From the NCBI RefSeq assembly GCF_009914755.1, contig NC_060928.1: 64,000 nt of DNA. One strand, given 5' to 3'. The DNA is from the human T2T-CHM13v2.0 reference genome, Homo sapiens. The number at the start of each line of letters is the position of its first letter. The stretch's first letter is position 1. The position numbers and the translations under genes were made by a program. Shown here one piece after another: positions 1 through 17,836 of this stretch. The notes under the pieces were generated by a model that was given only the letters and a program-made list of their open reading frames with translations, searched no databases and was not told where the DNA came from.

Positions 1-324
1 CTATATTGCCTAGGCTGTTCTTGAACTCCAAGCTCAAGCGATCTACCCTCCCTGGCTTCCCAAAGTGCTGGGATTGCAGGCATGAGCCACCACACCCAGC
101 CACCAGCAGTGTTTACGATGCCAAAAGTGACATTAATTTCTGGCCGTATAAATATTAAAAACATTATTATGTCACTTAGTAGATTCAGAGCTTGGTTTCC
201 CATGACTTTCAGTTAGGTAATCTTTTAAATTTGGTCCATCATTGTTTGAGAGAATAGATCAAGCTTTCTTTGAATGTGAGAATATCTTTGCCTAAAATTA
301 CTCCCACTTCTGAATCTCACAATA

Positions 325-845
325 CATTAAAAAACAAAATATCAGTGAATTTAATTTAAGGAACTAACTGACATGTGTTAGCAATTCATGAATCAGGCAG
401 CATCCTGTTTATAAACTAGAGGGAGCTCCCTTGGGCATGGCAGAACAGTTGGTTTTTATAAGATAGCTTGAGCAAGAACAAGGAAACAGCATAGGGCAAA
501 AAGTGACATTAGGTTACTACTTCAGGTTACTTTCCTTGATGGGTTAAAGCAGAGGGGGCTTCCTTATCATGTCTGCTCAGGTTAACTGGGTCCTTTACAA
601 GTGGTTGCTGTGAATCTCTTTGGTTTTTGGGAAAACTACCTATTTGGAAATTGTTCTGTTTTTTAAAGTTTCAGTTTGATTGTGTGGTGCTTGACGTGAG
701 TGACTCCATTTTGGTTTGGTCTGTTGGGGCCAAGTGCAGGAGCTCAGTCAAAAACAGTGGGTGACTCCATTTTGGTTTGGTTGTTGGGGCTGAGTGCAGG
801 AGCTCAGTCAAAAACAGTGGGCTCCCTTAAATTTTATTTACCACT
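325..845 (-). mobile_element. ERV1 LTR, MER31/MER67-like
   Basis: Minus-strand gactgagctcctgcact...accaaaccaaaatggagtcac. Confidence 0.6.
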
Positions 846-1517
846 GAATTCAATCCTTTCTGTTTTACTCTCTTTCAAGTATCTTCTTCTAAATTTCCTA
901 AAAGGGTGGAGGAGTTTATAAAGTTGCTATCCCCTAAGTACAGAGAAGGAAACTGTATTAAAAATGGCTCCAACAATGGGGCACTTCTCAAATCACAAGG
1001 CATCTCCTATTTCAGAAGTTTTGTTTCACAACTAAAAAGAATTGTTTTACCCCGGTTACTCATGTACTCTTGCTACATTGTTCTTCAAGCAAAAGCTCTG
1101 AATTAGAGGTTGCTGCCCTTGAGTGTCTTCTTTAGCCCAATGACTTATATTTACTGGGTAAATAAAATAGAATTTTAGGAATCTGTTCTTACGATATACC
1201 AAACAAATTCTAAAGTGCTACTTTTCCTAATAGCAAACAGCAGCTACAGTTTCAGGTTAAACAAAATTGCATTGTTTAAGCCAAGCACCATTACAAGATT
1301 TGTGGAGCAAGGAACAGATTCAAGTTGTTATTTAAATTATAAAGATAGATGCAAATAGAAATGTGTTTCTGATTGTAGGAAAAGACATTCTATTAGAATT
1401 TCATAAAGGAAGTTGACACCATTAACCCATTTGTTTTTTACCAGGATGTCAATGTTGAAAAGCAGGTTATTTAATTCTGCTATTTAAAAGTGGCTACGGA
1501 CCAGGCGCAGTGGCTCA

Positions 1518-1829
<312 letters not shown>

Positions 1830-1924
1830 TTACAAGAACTGTAAATCCTTTTTTCACCTCTATTCCCTAGGACTCTAGTTTTCCCGTGAATTCATTTTTG
1901 TTTCTCCTTTACAAAACTATAGAT

Positions 1925-2818
1925 ATGCAGAGGCCAAGGGAAAACTTCCCCTTTACCCTCTGAAGGTTCACTGAAAATCACTGACAAGAGGCAGATTAAT
2001 AGGAGAAAAGGCATACAAATTTACACAGAAGTCTTCAGAGTGAAGACCCAAAGATAAAGAGGACATTGTCCATTTTTATGCTTAGGTTCAACAAAGTATG
2101 GACAGCTGTGTAGAAATCTGATTGAACAAAAAGGGTAGATCCAATGCCAATAGACTGAGTGGGGAAATGTAGTAAGGCCTGTCTGTTCAGATTCTTCTTG
2201 GCCTCTGTGTGCATACATTCCTTCCTGCTGGAGATGGGGCAGAACCCTCTCTGGAATGGGGGTCTTATGACCTACAGTCAAACAAGGTAGGTCAGATCAT
2301 TTCTTTATGGTCAGGTTTCACACAGAAAGATGGAGGCGCCGGGCTGCGGTGGCTCACGCCTGTAATCCCAGCACTTTGGGAGGCTGAGGCGGGTGGATCA
2401 CAAGGTCAGGAGTTTGAGACCAGCCTGGCCAATATGGTGAAACCTCGTTTCTACTAAAAATACAAAAATTAGCTGGGCATGGTGGCACACGCCTGTAGTC
2501 CCAGCTACTCAGGAGGCTGAGGCAGGAGAATCACTTGAACCCGGGAGGTGGAGGTTGCACTGCACTGAGCTGAGATCACACCACTGCACTCCAGCCTGGT
2601 GACAGGGCGAGACTCCTTCTCAAAAAAAAAAAAAAAAAAAAGATGGAGGGAAAGTTAGATGTTATTTTAAGTTTTATGACTGGCTTTCGGGAAACAGGGT
2701 TCTGGTTTCTATGACCTGCCTTGGGAACAATGGGACTGAGAGACAGAACAGGAGAAGGTCAGAGGAAAACTCGCTTCTGAGGCCTTTGTTTGGGGATATT
2801 GTCTTCTGAGTCCCAACA
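1925..2818 (-). mobile_element. ERV1 LTR (MER34/MER39-like) interrupted by an Alu at 2337-2641
   Basis: 5' end tgttgggactcagaagacaatatcccc; Alu TSD aaagatggagg. Confidence 0.6.
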
Positions 2819-2863
2819 AATAGTTATACAAATTTCAAACTCCTCAGAGCATCTCATTCTTAC

Positions 2864-4126
<1,263 letters not shown>

Positions 4127-4780
4127 GATTGGCAACCATGAAGGAAGTCAGGTGGAGATGCCCTTGACCTTTGGCAAATCTCCTATCTGGCTGGAGCTAT
4201 CTTTATTGCTCAAACTAATAGGTCAATTTGCTTAGGCCTGGGAGCTGCCCCCTCCAGAGAATCCCTGATCTCCCAAAATTTGGTTGAAATCTAAGGTTTA
4301 TTTTGCTGTACAACTCCTTTTCTGGAGTTTTACTCACTTTCAACAAGGAAAGTGAGCTTTTCCTGCTTCCATAATGATGGAGAGCAGGCAACTCCTTTCT
4401 GGAGTTTCAACTTGCTTTGAACAGGTAAGGCGAGTTTGAGGTTTTTTTTCTGCTTCTAGGATGGCAGAGAGCAGTCTTCATCCTGAGCCCCATTCCTAGG
4501 TAAGTAGCTGAATTGGGGTTTTGTTTTGGAAATTCTCCTTAATGGCTAAAGTTAAGATTAACAACCAGCTGGTCTTAATTTCTTCTTACCATTAGAGCAC
4601 TCAGTAATCTAATATAAATTATAAATCTAATATATTAGATTTATTTTGGGTTTGACCAACTCTATCTGACTTGATCAAATCCAAAGGAAAGTTCCAAATT
4701 ATGGGGAATAAGGCCTCTGAATTGGCTACATTCCTGCAGCTGAAAATAAGGAAAGAAAAAAGGGAAAAAGTAAAAGCAGC
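4127..4780 (+). mobile_element. MER4-group ERV internal leader with a tRNA-Arg-like primer binding site
   Basis: tggcaaccatgaagga just after the LTR CA end. Confidence 0.65.
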
Positions 4781-5379
4781 CAGGCCGGGCATGGTGGCTC
4801 AAACCTGTAATCCCAGCACTTTGGGAGGCCAAGGCAGGCAGCCTAGGAATTCGAGACCAGCCTGGGCAACACAGTGAGACCCCATCTCTACAAAAAATAC
4901 AAAAATTAGTTGGAATGGTGGCATGCGCCTATAATCCCAGCTACTCAGGAGGCTGAGGTGGGAGGATTGCTTGAGCAGGAGGAGGGTGTGGGGGAGGGTG
5001 GGGAGGTGAATGCTGCAGTGAGCCAAGATGGAACCACTGCATTCCTGCCTGTCGACAAAACAGCAACAACAACAACAACAACAAGAAAATGACAAGAAAA
5101 ATAAATAAAGCATGTCAAACAAATATGTCTCTTATTGGGGCGGGGGAAGGAGAAGTATAAATGTGACAAAGTGGCCAGGAATTCTCAAAGTCAAGTTTTA
5201 ATCCATAATCATTTTAAGCGATTTTGATAAAAGCATTAACATTTTGCCAAGTTCTGTTTTCTCTCTACTTCATGGAAGAGCTAATTCTAAATTTATCTCC
5301 CAGGTAAAGATTAGTTTAGGAAATTTCCTTGTATAGTTGAAATTGTTTTTATTTCAAAATTCAAAGCACCCAGTTGGTA

Positions 5380-6131
5380 TTTGGTGAGCATTTCCTGTGT
5401 GAGGTACACCAAACCCCTTTGCCCTCCAGGTCCTTCCCGGGACAAGTCAGCAGTGCACAGGTTCCTAAGGTGGCCCTTGGCCCTGACACCAAGGAGTAAA
5501 TTTGATCGGGTCTGCCTGCCTTTCTTGCTTTTGGTCCCTTGTTTTTTGTTATCTGTTTTCCTTTTTCCATGAAGCTGAAAGCCAAGATAGCTGAAGGCCT
5601 TGCCACTGAATGCTGAAACTTAACCTTCACTACTTTGTAGACAGTGTTCGCAGGTCACCATGGTAATGGGAGCAAAAAGATGGTTGTTTCTCAGGAATTT
5701 GGGCCAGCTCCTGTCTAGTTCAAACTGGTGGAAACCACCAATGCTTCAACTGGGCCTGCACTAGTGCTCAAGAGGTGGCCTTTTGATGTGAGAAGGCCAA
5801 AAACTCCACCCTCAGATCATGCTAACACCACCATTTTCTGTACATATGTTCTATGAAATGCGATGAGCCCTGACTATACTTGTGCAGAACAAACCTGTTA
5901 ACGTCTTTTTTTCCCCCAGTGCCAATCACCTTTCCCCATGCCTTAGACCATCCCACTTCCCTAACGCATAAATATCCCTAAACTTTATCTTCGGTCAGGT
6001 GGATTTGAGAGCTGTTCTCCTGTCTTAGCGCTGGGGCTTTGTGAATAAATCTTCCCTCTTTTGCAAAACCTGTGTTACAGTGATTGATTTACTGCACGTG
6101 GGCAGAATGGACCTGGACCTGGCCAATACTA
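5380..6131 (+). mobile_element. MER50-like LTR
   Basis: aaaactccaccctcagatcatgctaac...AATAAA...ggacctggacctggcc. Confidence 0.65.
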
Positions 6132-7003
6132 GCCCTTGGTTCTGTACTCTTACATAAGGGCAAATTCTCATTCTCAGGGTGACCATAATTCCAGTGGTTA
6201 AAACTGCTGCTTAGCTTTGACACAAGAGTTTTCATTTTGCTGGGCCGGGAGCGGTGGCTCATGCCTGTAATCCCAGCACTTTGGGAGGCCGAGGCAGGCG
6301 GATCACCTGAGGTCAGGAGTCTGAGATCAGTCTGGCCAACATGGTGAAACCCCATCCCTACTAAAAATACAAAAATTAGCTGGGCGTGGTGGTAGGCACC
6401 TGTAATCCCAGCTATTTGGGAGGCTGATGCAGGAGAATCGCTTGAATCCAGGAGGCGGAGGTTGCAAGTGAGCTGAGATTGCGCCATTGCACTCCAACCT
6501 GGGGGACAAGAGTGAGATGTCGTCTCAAAAAAAAAAAAAGGAGTTTTCATTTTGTAATAAAAACCGTGGCGTCTGGTGGCTGGGCGCAGTGGTTCACGCC
6601 TGTAATCCCCGCACTTTGAGAGGCCAAGGCGGGTGGATCACCTGAGGTCAGGAGTTCAAGACAAGCCTGGCCAAGATGGTGAAACCCCATCTCTACTAAA
6701 AACACAAAACTTAGCCTGGCGTGGTGGCGTGCACCTGCAGTCCCAGCTACTCGGGAGGCTGAGGCAGAGAATTGCTTGAACCCAGGGGGTGGAGGTTGCA
6801 GTGAGCTGAGATCACGCCACTGCACTCCAGCCTAAGCAACAGAGTGAGATTCCATCTCAAAACAAACAAACAAACAAAAACAAAACCATGGCATCTTATG
6901 ATGTTTTGTGATGATTATAGCTGTGGCTTCTTTGTCTCCAACTATAATTTTTGCCTTGATTAAGTGGGGGGAAAATTTTCTAAGTTAGAGATTTACAATG
7001 TGA

Positions 7004-7277
<274 letters not shown>

Positions 7278-8725
7278 TGATCTGCCCATCTCGGCCTCCC
7301 AAAGTGCTAGGATAATAGGCTTGAGCCACCATGCCTGGCCTTATTAGACTTACTTTTAAAAATAATTGTTGATGCCTGGGTCCCACCCTCAGACATTTTG
7401 ATTCACTTGATCTGGGATGGGACCAAGGCATCAATATTTTTTTAAAAAACACTCACCTCCCTAGACCATTCTAGTGTGGAGAAATACTGTTCTAAGGGAC
7501 TTGAACCCTGGAGTCCATATCCTTTCATCTTTGAGTTTTGAGACCCCTGAGAGTTTCTGCTACTGGTTTCTAGGGTACCTTACTATTTGCGGGGCCAGCA
7601 GCAGGCACTTTGGTCTCTGCAATATGGTTCGCTGTAAGAATGGGAAAGTTGACAGGACATCTTGCTCTTTTGAGTACAGTTAAGGATGGTCCAGTGATCT
7701 TATACTTACTCCTAAAAGCTCAGGAAACGAACACATTACTGCAGGGCTACTGCAGACTCCTCTGAGGAAAGATGAAGAATGACAGCCCAAAGTCTAAACT
7801 TTCATCAACATCCGGTACAGAAAACCGCTGTTAGCAAATAAACTCATTAGCGTCCTATTTGAGCTCTCTTGGGGGGAATAATCTCTCACTAGCCTGAGAA
7901 ACACTTTGAGAACTCTTGTTTTACATGTGATGTTGGCTGTGCAGCTCACACAGCATGGTTGAGAGCTCTCAGCTCTATTTTCAGCGGCTGTTGGTAGTAG
8001 TGACAACTAAACAAAGAAGACTAGAATTTCAACAATGCTGTCTGTCCCAACTCAACAGGCATGACAAAGCAGTTTTCGATATACCGTATCAGTAAAGATG
8101 GTAAATACACAGGGAAATGTTTGAAATAGGAATAGCCTACCCACTCCCAGGGTGTAATGAAGACAGGCATCCAGTGGCAAAGCAAATGCTCCCTATTTAG
8201 GCTGGAGGGCCTGTCTTTAGCCAGAACACGAAACATAAATGGGAAGGCAAGGACTACACTGATGTAGTAAGCATTTACTTGGGAGACTTGACCTGAAAAA
8301 AGGAGCAGTCAAAACAGGAAAAAGTCAAGGACCTCTCAAATAACATCCTATTTGCCTATAGAGAGAGACAGCCCTAATTTGATAGAAAGGGCTACTACCC
8401 AAGGTCAAGATGTTGTCTGCAGGTGACTAAGATTTGCATTTGGCCTGGACACAGTACCATGTACTGTTACCATGGGGATCACAGAGACAAGGAATATAGA
8501 ATGCCTATGTAAACTGTAAAGTGTAATACCAATTTGATGGTGGTGGTTCATTACCTAGAGGACCTTGCTACTCAAAGTGTGGTCTTTAACCAGCATCATC
8601 AGCCTCACCTAGGAAGTTGCTAGAAACGCTATTGAATGTGCTTTTTATTTTTTTTAATTGTAGTAAAATGTACATAATAAAATTTACTGTTTTAACCACT
8701 TTTAAGTACAGTTCTGTGGCATTAG

Positions 8726-9208
<483 letters not shown>

Positions 9209-9450
9209 TAAACCTAATAGCATACTGTGTGGTAGACCCTGTACTAAGTATTCTGCATGTCTTATCTCATCTAATCCTCTCAGCAACCTGATGAAGTAGA
9301 TACTATCATGAACTCACTGTACAGATAGGGAAACATGTAAGCGTTTGTACTCAAGGTTGTACAATTTGAAGGGATGGAGCTGGGTCTGTGATTCCAGAGT
9401 GTGTGCTTTACTCCCTCTGAACTTTTTCTCTTTTTTTTTTTTTTTTTTGA

Positions 9451-9613
<163 letters not shown>

Positions 9614-9655
9614 TAGCAGAGACGGGGTTTCACCATATTGGCCAGGCTGGTCTCA

Positions 9656-9766
<111 letters not shown>

Positions 9767-11372
9767 TCACCCAAGCCAGAGTGCAGTGATGCAAACCCGG
9801 CTCACTGCAGCCTCAGCTTCTTGGGCTCAAGTGATCTTCCTGCCTCAGACTCCCATGTAGCTGGGACCACAGGCATGTGCCACCATGTCTGGCTAATTTT
9901 TGTATTTTTTGTAGAGCGGGAGTCTCACCATCTTGCCCAGGCTCCCTCCAGACCTTTTCTGTGCCCAGAAATATCCCAGCAGGTGTCTTGCATTTGAGAA
10001 TGTGCATTGAGGAAGAAAGATGCCTGAATATGGAGAGGGAAGAAGTAAAATAAGATCCCCACTGCAAATAAATCTTTTATCTGTAGTTTTACACAGCTCT
10101 GGCATCCAGTAAAGAGATCTGGAGAATCTGGGACTGTGCTTTCACAGCATTATTTCATTTTGTCTCCCCAGAAACTTGAGTCTCCTAATTAAGATTTTCT
10201 TTCCTTTCTTAGGCATTTCAGCTGCTCCTATTTCTTTCTTTTTGGACTCTTCTAGAAAAACAGAGAAATCAAACAGGAAGCTGCTGCTGGGGAGTTCTGT
10301 GTTGGATAGGATAGTGTGGCCAGGCTCACTGTTCTACTACCTCAAACCCCAAGGTTTCAGCATGACTCAGGGGGTGCAAACTCCAAAAGGTCTAACTTGG
10401 AATGTGACTTAGGAACTCTGGCCAGTCTCCCTTGCTCAGATCTGAAACTGGGAAATTTTCAAAACCCAAAACCTTGCATAATCAGAAAGAATAAATCCCT
10501 ATAAGGAAGAGAAACACAATGGAAAATTCCACTGGAGATATCTGAAATTGCCTGACTCTTGTGTCAGCAACTGGGAGGTCAGATGGCCACAAAGAGTACA
10601 CAGTTGGACAAGATCTATCCTTCTAGGAAGTGGATTCCTGGAGGGTACTTCTGGTCATTAAAAGTTGCTTGAAAACTGTAGAAACTAAGACCCAGTGTTG
10701 TGTTTGTGCGTGTATGTGCAGTGGCGCAATCATAGCTCACTGTCACCTATTATTCCTGGGCTCAAGCGATCCTTTTGCCTCAGCCTCTGGAATAGTTAGG
10801 ACTACAGGTGCACTGCCACCACCACACCCAGTTAACTTTTTAAATTTCCTTGTAGAAACAGAGTCTCTGTGTTCCCAGACTGGTGTTGAACTCCTGGCCT
10901 CGGCCTCCTGAAGTGCTGGGATTACCGGCATGAGCCACTGTTCCCAGTCCTGGTCTTCTTAATGATTGTTTCAGAACTACTCATGATCAAAGATCAGTTA
11001 GGCAAATGGTTCTCAATCCTGGCTAACGCTAGAATCGATCACCTGTAAAATTTCTTTAAGAATCCGGATGCCCAGGACCCATTCCCAGAGATTTGGATTT
11101 AATTGGTCTGGAGTGACACCCAGGCCCAGGTATTTTCCAATGTGTCCAATGTTGAGAAACACTGAATTAGACAAAGTAGGGCAAAACTGTCATTTATTTT
11201 TGTATTTGCTATGCCTAACACAGTATCTGTCCCTTAGTTAGGTATTCCGTAAGAGTTCATGGAATATGTATGTGAATAAATGAACTAGTGTCATCACATA
11301 AACAACTTTCAGCACTTAGGTTGCACTTTATGGGTTTCAAAATACTTTTGTATGTGCTGCTCTCATTTTAGT

Positions 11373-12121
<749 letters not shown>

Positions 12122-13065
12122 GATCTCATGTTCTCTGAAAAATATCACTGTATGATGCTCATCTTACAGATGGGGAAGCCGAGGCTTAAAGAGATTAGGT
12201 GATTTCCACCTCCACCCCAAATCCAACAAAACTAATAAATGGAACTCTTGTTTATTTAACTCTTTTCCACTCATAAGGTTTAATGACTAAGGATGGTTCT
12301 CATCTGGCTCCAGTCATGCCCTGAGAAAGTTTGTTTGCCTTGGCAAGTATGTCATTTATTCTTCCCACCTTGAGGTCTGAAAACTGCTTATTATAGAAAA
12401 ATTCAAACAAAAAAGGTTATAAAATAGTATAATTAACCTTCATGTAATCATCACCCAGCTTCAACAGCGATCAACTCAGGGCCAGCCTCATTTTGTTCAC
12501 ACCCCTGCCTCTATTTTGAAACAAATCCCAGTAACTATGTCAGTATGTATCTCTAAGAATTTAAAAAAAATTACCTCTGGCCAGGCGCAGTGGCTCACGC
12601 CTGTAATCCCAGCACTTTGGGAGGCTGAGGAGGGTGGATCACCTGAGGTCAAGAGTTCGAGATCAGCCTGGCCAACATGGTGAAACTTCCTCTCTGCTAA
12701 AAATACAAAAATTAGCCGGGCATGGTGGTGGGCACCTGTACTCCCAGCTACTAATAGGCTGAGGCAGGAGAATCGCTTGAACCCAGGAAGCAGAGGTTGT
12801 AGTGAGACGAGATCATGCCACTGCACTCCAGCCTGGGTAACAGAGCAAAAACTCTGTCTCAAAAAATAATAATAATAAAATAACCTCAATATCATCACCA
12901 TACCCCCCCCCCACCCAAAAAAAGAATAAATTCTTAATATCACCAAATACTCAGTGGGCATTCACACATCTCTTGTCTTTTTAAAAAAAAAAAAAAAATT
13001 CTGGCCAGGTGCGACGGCTCACACCTGTAATCCTAGCATTTTGTGAGGCCAAGGTAGGTGGATCA

Positions 13066-13522
<457 letters not shown>

Positions 13523-14548
13523 TTATCAGAAAAAGAAATTAAAAAAATAAACAACTTCTTTGATTAGGGATCCAAGTAAGTTCTACACATTGCAATTGGT
13601 TGATATGTCTCATAAGTCTGTTTTAATCTATAGGTTTCCCTTCATTTCTCTCTGTTTGCCTCCTTTTAATTTATTTGTTGAAGAAACCATTTGTCTTGCC
13701 AAGTCCCCACAGTCTGGATTTCGCTGACCACAGCCTCCTGGCATCATTTAACACATTCCTCTGGGCCTTGTAGCTCCTATAATTTAATAGGTAGATCCAG
13801 AAGCTTGATTCGATTTGGGTTAATTTTTTTTCTTTTTCTTTCTTTCTTTTTTTTTTTTTTTTTGAGACAGAGTCTCCCTCTGTCCTCCAGGCTAGAGTGC
13901 TCACTGCAACCTCTGTCTCCGGGCTCAAGTGGTCCTCTTGCCTCAGCTGGGACTACAGACGTGTGCCACCATGCCCAGCTGACTTTTGTATTTTTGTAGA
14001 GAAGGGGTTTCACAATGTTGGCCAGGCTGGTCTCAAGCTCCTGAGCTCAAGCGATCCACCTACTTCTGGCTCCCAAAGTGCTGGAAATACAGGTGTGAGC
14101 CACTACTCCCGGCCAATTTTTTTTTCTCAAAACTTCCTAGATGCTTGTAAGGTCTTACATAAAGGGACAAATTTTGGTAACAAAACCAATTGTGAAGGCT
14201 AGGCAGCTAATACACATAAAATCATGGCCCAGAATTAAGGAGGGACCTGTGTAATTGTGACCATGAAGTGCCCAGTTTAGGCTGGGAGGACCCCTTTTCT
14301 AACTCTGGGTCCAAGTTTAGCCCTGCACATCCCCATCAGACGTCCCGGCCCCTTCAGCTCTGTGTGTTTGCTCCTCTCCTTTCCTGATTTCTACCATTTG
14401 GTACCAGCATAGGCAGGCATTCTATGGGGACTCTTCCTTGGGAGTCAGCGTTTTCCTGTGACCTGGTAACATTGCTATTTCTAGCTAGTTGGTGATAAGG
14501 GATCAGCATTTTCTAGCAGCTACTGTTGCCACACAGAGCATTTGCTCA

Positions 14549-14566
14549 GAGCGACATCTAGTGGCT
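14549..14566 (-). promoter_or_regulatory. CTCF motif (GCCACTAGATGTCGCT)
   Basis: Close match to CCACYAGRKGGCRS. Confidence 0.5.
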
Positions 14567-14741
14567 CTTAAAAAAATAATGTAGTGAGGTGTAGTGGCCC
14601 TTTTTTTTTTTAGACGGAGTCTTGCTCTGTCTCCCAGGCTGGAGTGCAATGGCGCAATCTCGGCTTACTGCAACCTCCGCCTCCCCGGGGGTTCAAGCGA
14701 TTCTCCTAAGATTACAGGCGCCTGTCACCGTGCCCAGCTAA

Positions 14742-14924
<183 letters not shown>

Positions 14925-16253
14925 TAATTTTTAATTACAAAAGTAACTCATCATCATAAGAAAAACCCCAAAAGATATTGAATAGTAATAGCCTTGGCAA
15001 TCAGATTGGCTTCCGAAATTTCATTCAAGTCTTTCCTGGTGCACCACTGAATGCAAAATGAAAATCCCACCAGATCTCAAGCCCCAAGAGTAACCACAGT
15101 GAATCATAGATCATGCTTCCTAGTGGCCGCATAGTATTTCCTGGAACATAGGGATGGGGATAATTGCTCACCTCATCTCTTATTAGTGGACTTTATGGGT
15201 AGATTTCGGGGTTTTTGCTTTTACAAACAATGCTTCCAGGAAGTCTTTGTACATATGGCCTTTGCATTCTTGAGAGTGTTTCTGTCAACAGTCATATAGA
15301 AAATGGAATTCTGAGTCAAAGAGAATGAGCATTTTTTGCTCTGATTTACACCTCTACCAATAATGTGCCTGTTTCTCCGTGTGCTCACAACCCCAGAATA
15401 TTATCACTTAAATAAAAACGTTTGTGCATGTTGGCTTTTAATCTTTCTGTTTAAAAGAAAAAATGAATTTTTGGTGTTGTGGTGACTAGGTTGGGTTCTG
15501 TGTGATGCAATTTTTTTCTGACCATTATCTTCCTAGAGACATTTCATACTGAATTTGTAACTGGTGGTGGATTCCAACATAGAAACAAGGATATTTGGAC
15601 CCTTATTAATATTTGTGAACTCAAATTATATTTATGGATTGCCTACTGTGTGCCCATGCAGACACATGAAACCTGCCCTGTCTTCTGAGGGAACTCGCAG
15701 AGCAGTGGAGGCCGCCGGCATGCACGCCAGTCACTGCAATGAGTGGGTGATTCAGGCTCTACCTTGAGCAACATAAGGCAAGCTGGTGCCCGAGAGGAGG
15801 CAGTGAGGAGGAAGCAGTCAAGGGAAGGCTGCACAGAGGGGAGGGCGTTGAAGCTGGGTCTTGAAGAATAAAGGCCAGGCCCACAGGAAGGAGGGCAACT
15901 CAGGGAGGGGAAACAGAATGTGAGAGGAGTGGTGTGTTTGCAGGCTGCAGGAAGATCCAAGTGTCTAGAAAGAGTTTTGAGACTGCACATATGGCACAGG
16001 CTGGGTCACAGAGTTTGTACTTTATCTGCAAGACAAAGAGATTTTCAAACTCTAGATAATTTTATTTTAAAAGAAAACACGGCCGGGCTCAGTGGCTTAC
16101 GCCTGTAATCCCAGCACTTTTGGAGGCTGAGGTGGGCGGATCGCTTGAGGTCTGGAGTTCGAGACCAGCCACAACATAGCGAAACCCTGTCTCTACTAAA
16201 AATACTAAAATTAGCCAGGTGTGATGGCACACGCCTGTAATCTCAGCTACTCA

Positions 16254-16364
<111 letters not shown>

Positions 16365-17728
16365 TCAAAAAAAAAAAAAAAAAAAAAAAAAAAAGATAGT
16401 ATTACCTCAATACTGTAATAGAGAAATCAATATCATTTGCCATAAATAGAACCATAAAAATTAATTTACAGAACAGAAAAAAAAAACCAAGTGTGTTTAA
16501 AACAGTTCAAAAATTAAAATGAAATCTAGGCCGGGTGCAGTGGCTCACGCCTGTAATCCCTGCACTCTGGGAGGCCGAGGTGGGCGGATCACCTGAGGTG
16601 AGGAGTTCGAGACCAGTCTGGCCAACATGGTGAAACTCCATCTCTACTAAAAATACAAAAATTAGCCAGGCGTGGTGGCAGGCGCCTGTAATCCCAGCTA
16701 CTCGGGAGCTCTGAACCCGGGAGGCGGAGGCTGCAGTAAGCCGAGTTTGCACCATTGCACTCCAGCCTGGGGGACAAGAGCGAGACTTTGTCTTTAAAAA
16801 AAGAGTTAAAAAAATTAAAATGAAATCTAATAACTAATCTGTTTACAAAAAAATCATGTCTAAAATTATCTTCATCTGTGAGAAAAATAAACCAGTTTAT
16901 GATCAATCAATAGTAATAAAGAGATTCAGCTCTGTATCATTTAGTTTAAGACTAAGATGAGGGTTATGTCAATGACAATTCTGTGTCTTTTTGTGTATGT
17001 TAATCAGCATCTCCCCCACCCATCCCCCCACGCCCCCAGAAATCTCGACACACTGATGTAGGTAGGTAGAGCTTCCCCCTGCTCCTGAAAAGCAGAGTCG
17101 CAGAAGCTCAGGGTGGCCACTGTAGCTCAGATAACCTAGATCCTACAGCCAGGAACTGAAATCCAAATCTTCTGACTCCACATTCTTATACCAGGCCGAT
17201 GCCTGGTATAAAAGTTAACAGAAAAAAACCTTTCTAATTCATATATCTCTCCACATACAGAACTAGGCTGCCTGTAGGAGCAGTGACCTCTACCCTGGAG
17301 CATTTCCACAAAGCCTGGAGGACACGTGTATCTTTCGAGGTTTTTCTCCAGAGAAATGCTTTAGAGGTTGTACTTAATATCTGAAATTCCTTATAATTCT
17401 TAACAGTCTCTGAGTCTGTGACTGAGAAATATTTCAAGACACTAACACAGGGATTAAAAACTTTATCCCTTTGTTTTAATAATTAAAATGCAGACTAAAG
17501 GAGGTTTTGAGTTCTATAGAAATAAACACTCAAATTTAAAATAATGGTCTTTATGGCTGAACACAGTAGCTCATGCCTGTAATCCCAGCACTTTGGGAGG
17601 CTGAGGCGGGTAGATCACCTGACGTTAGGAATTCGAGACCGGCCTGACCAACATGGTGAAACCCCATCCCTACTAAAAGTACAAATAAAGTAGCTGGGTG
17701 TGGTGGTGGGTGCCTGTAATCTCAGCTA

Positions 17729-17836
<108 letters not shown>

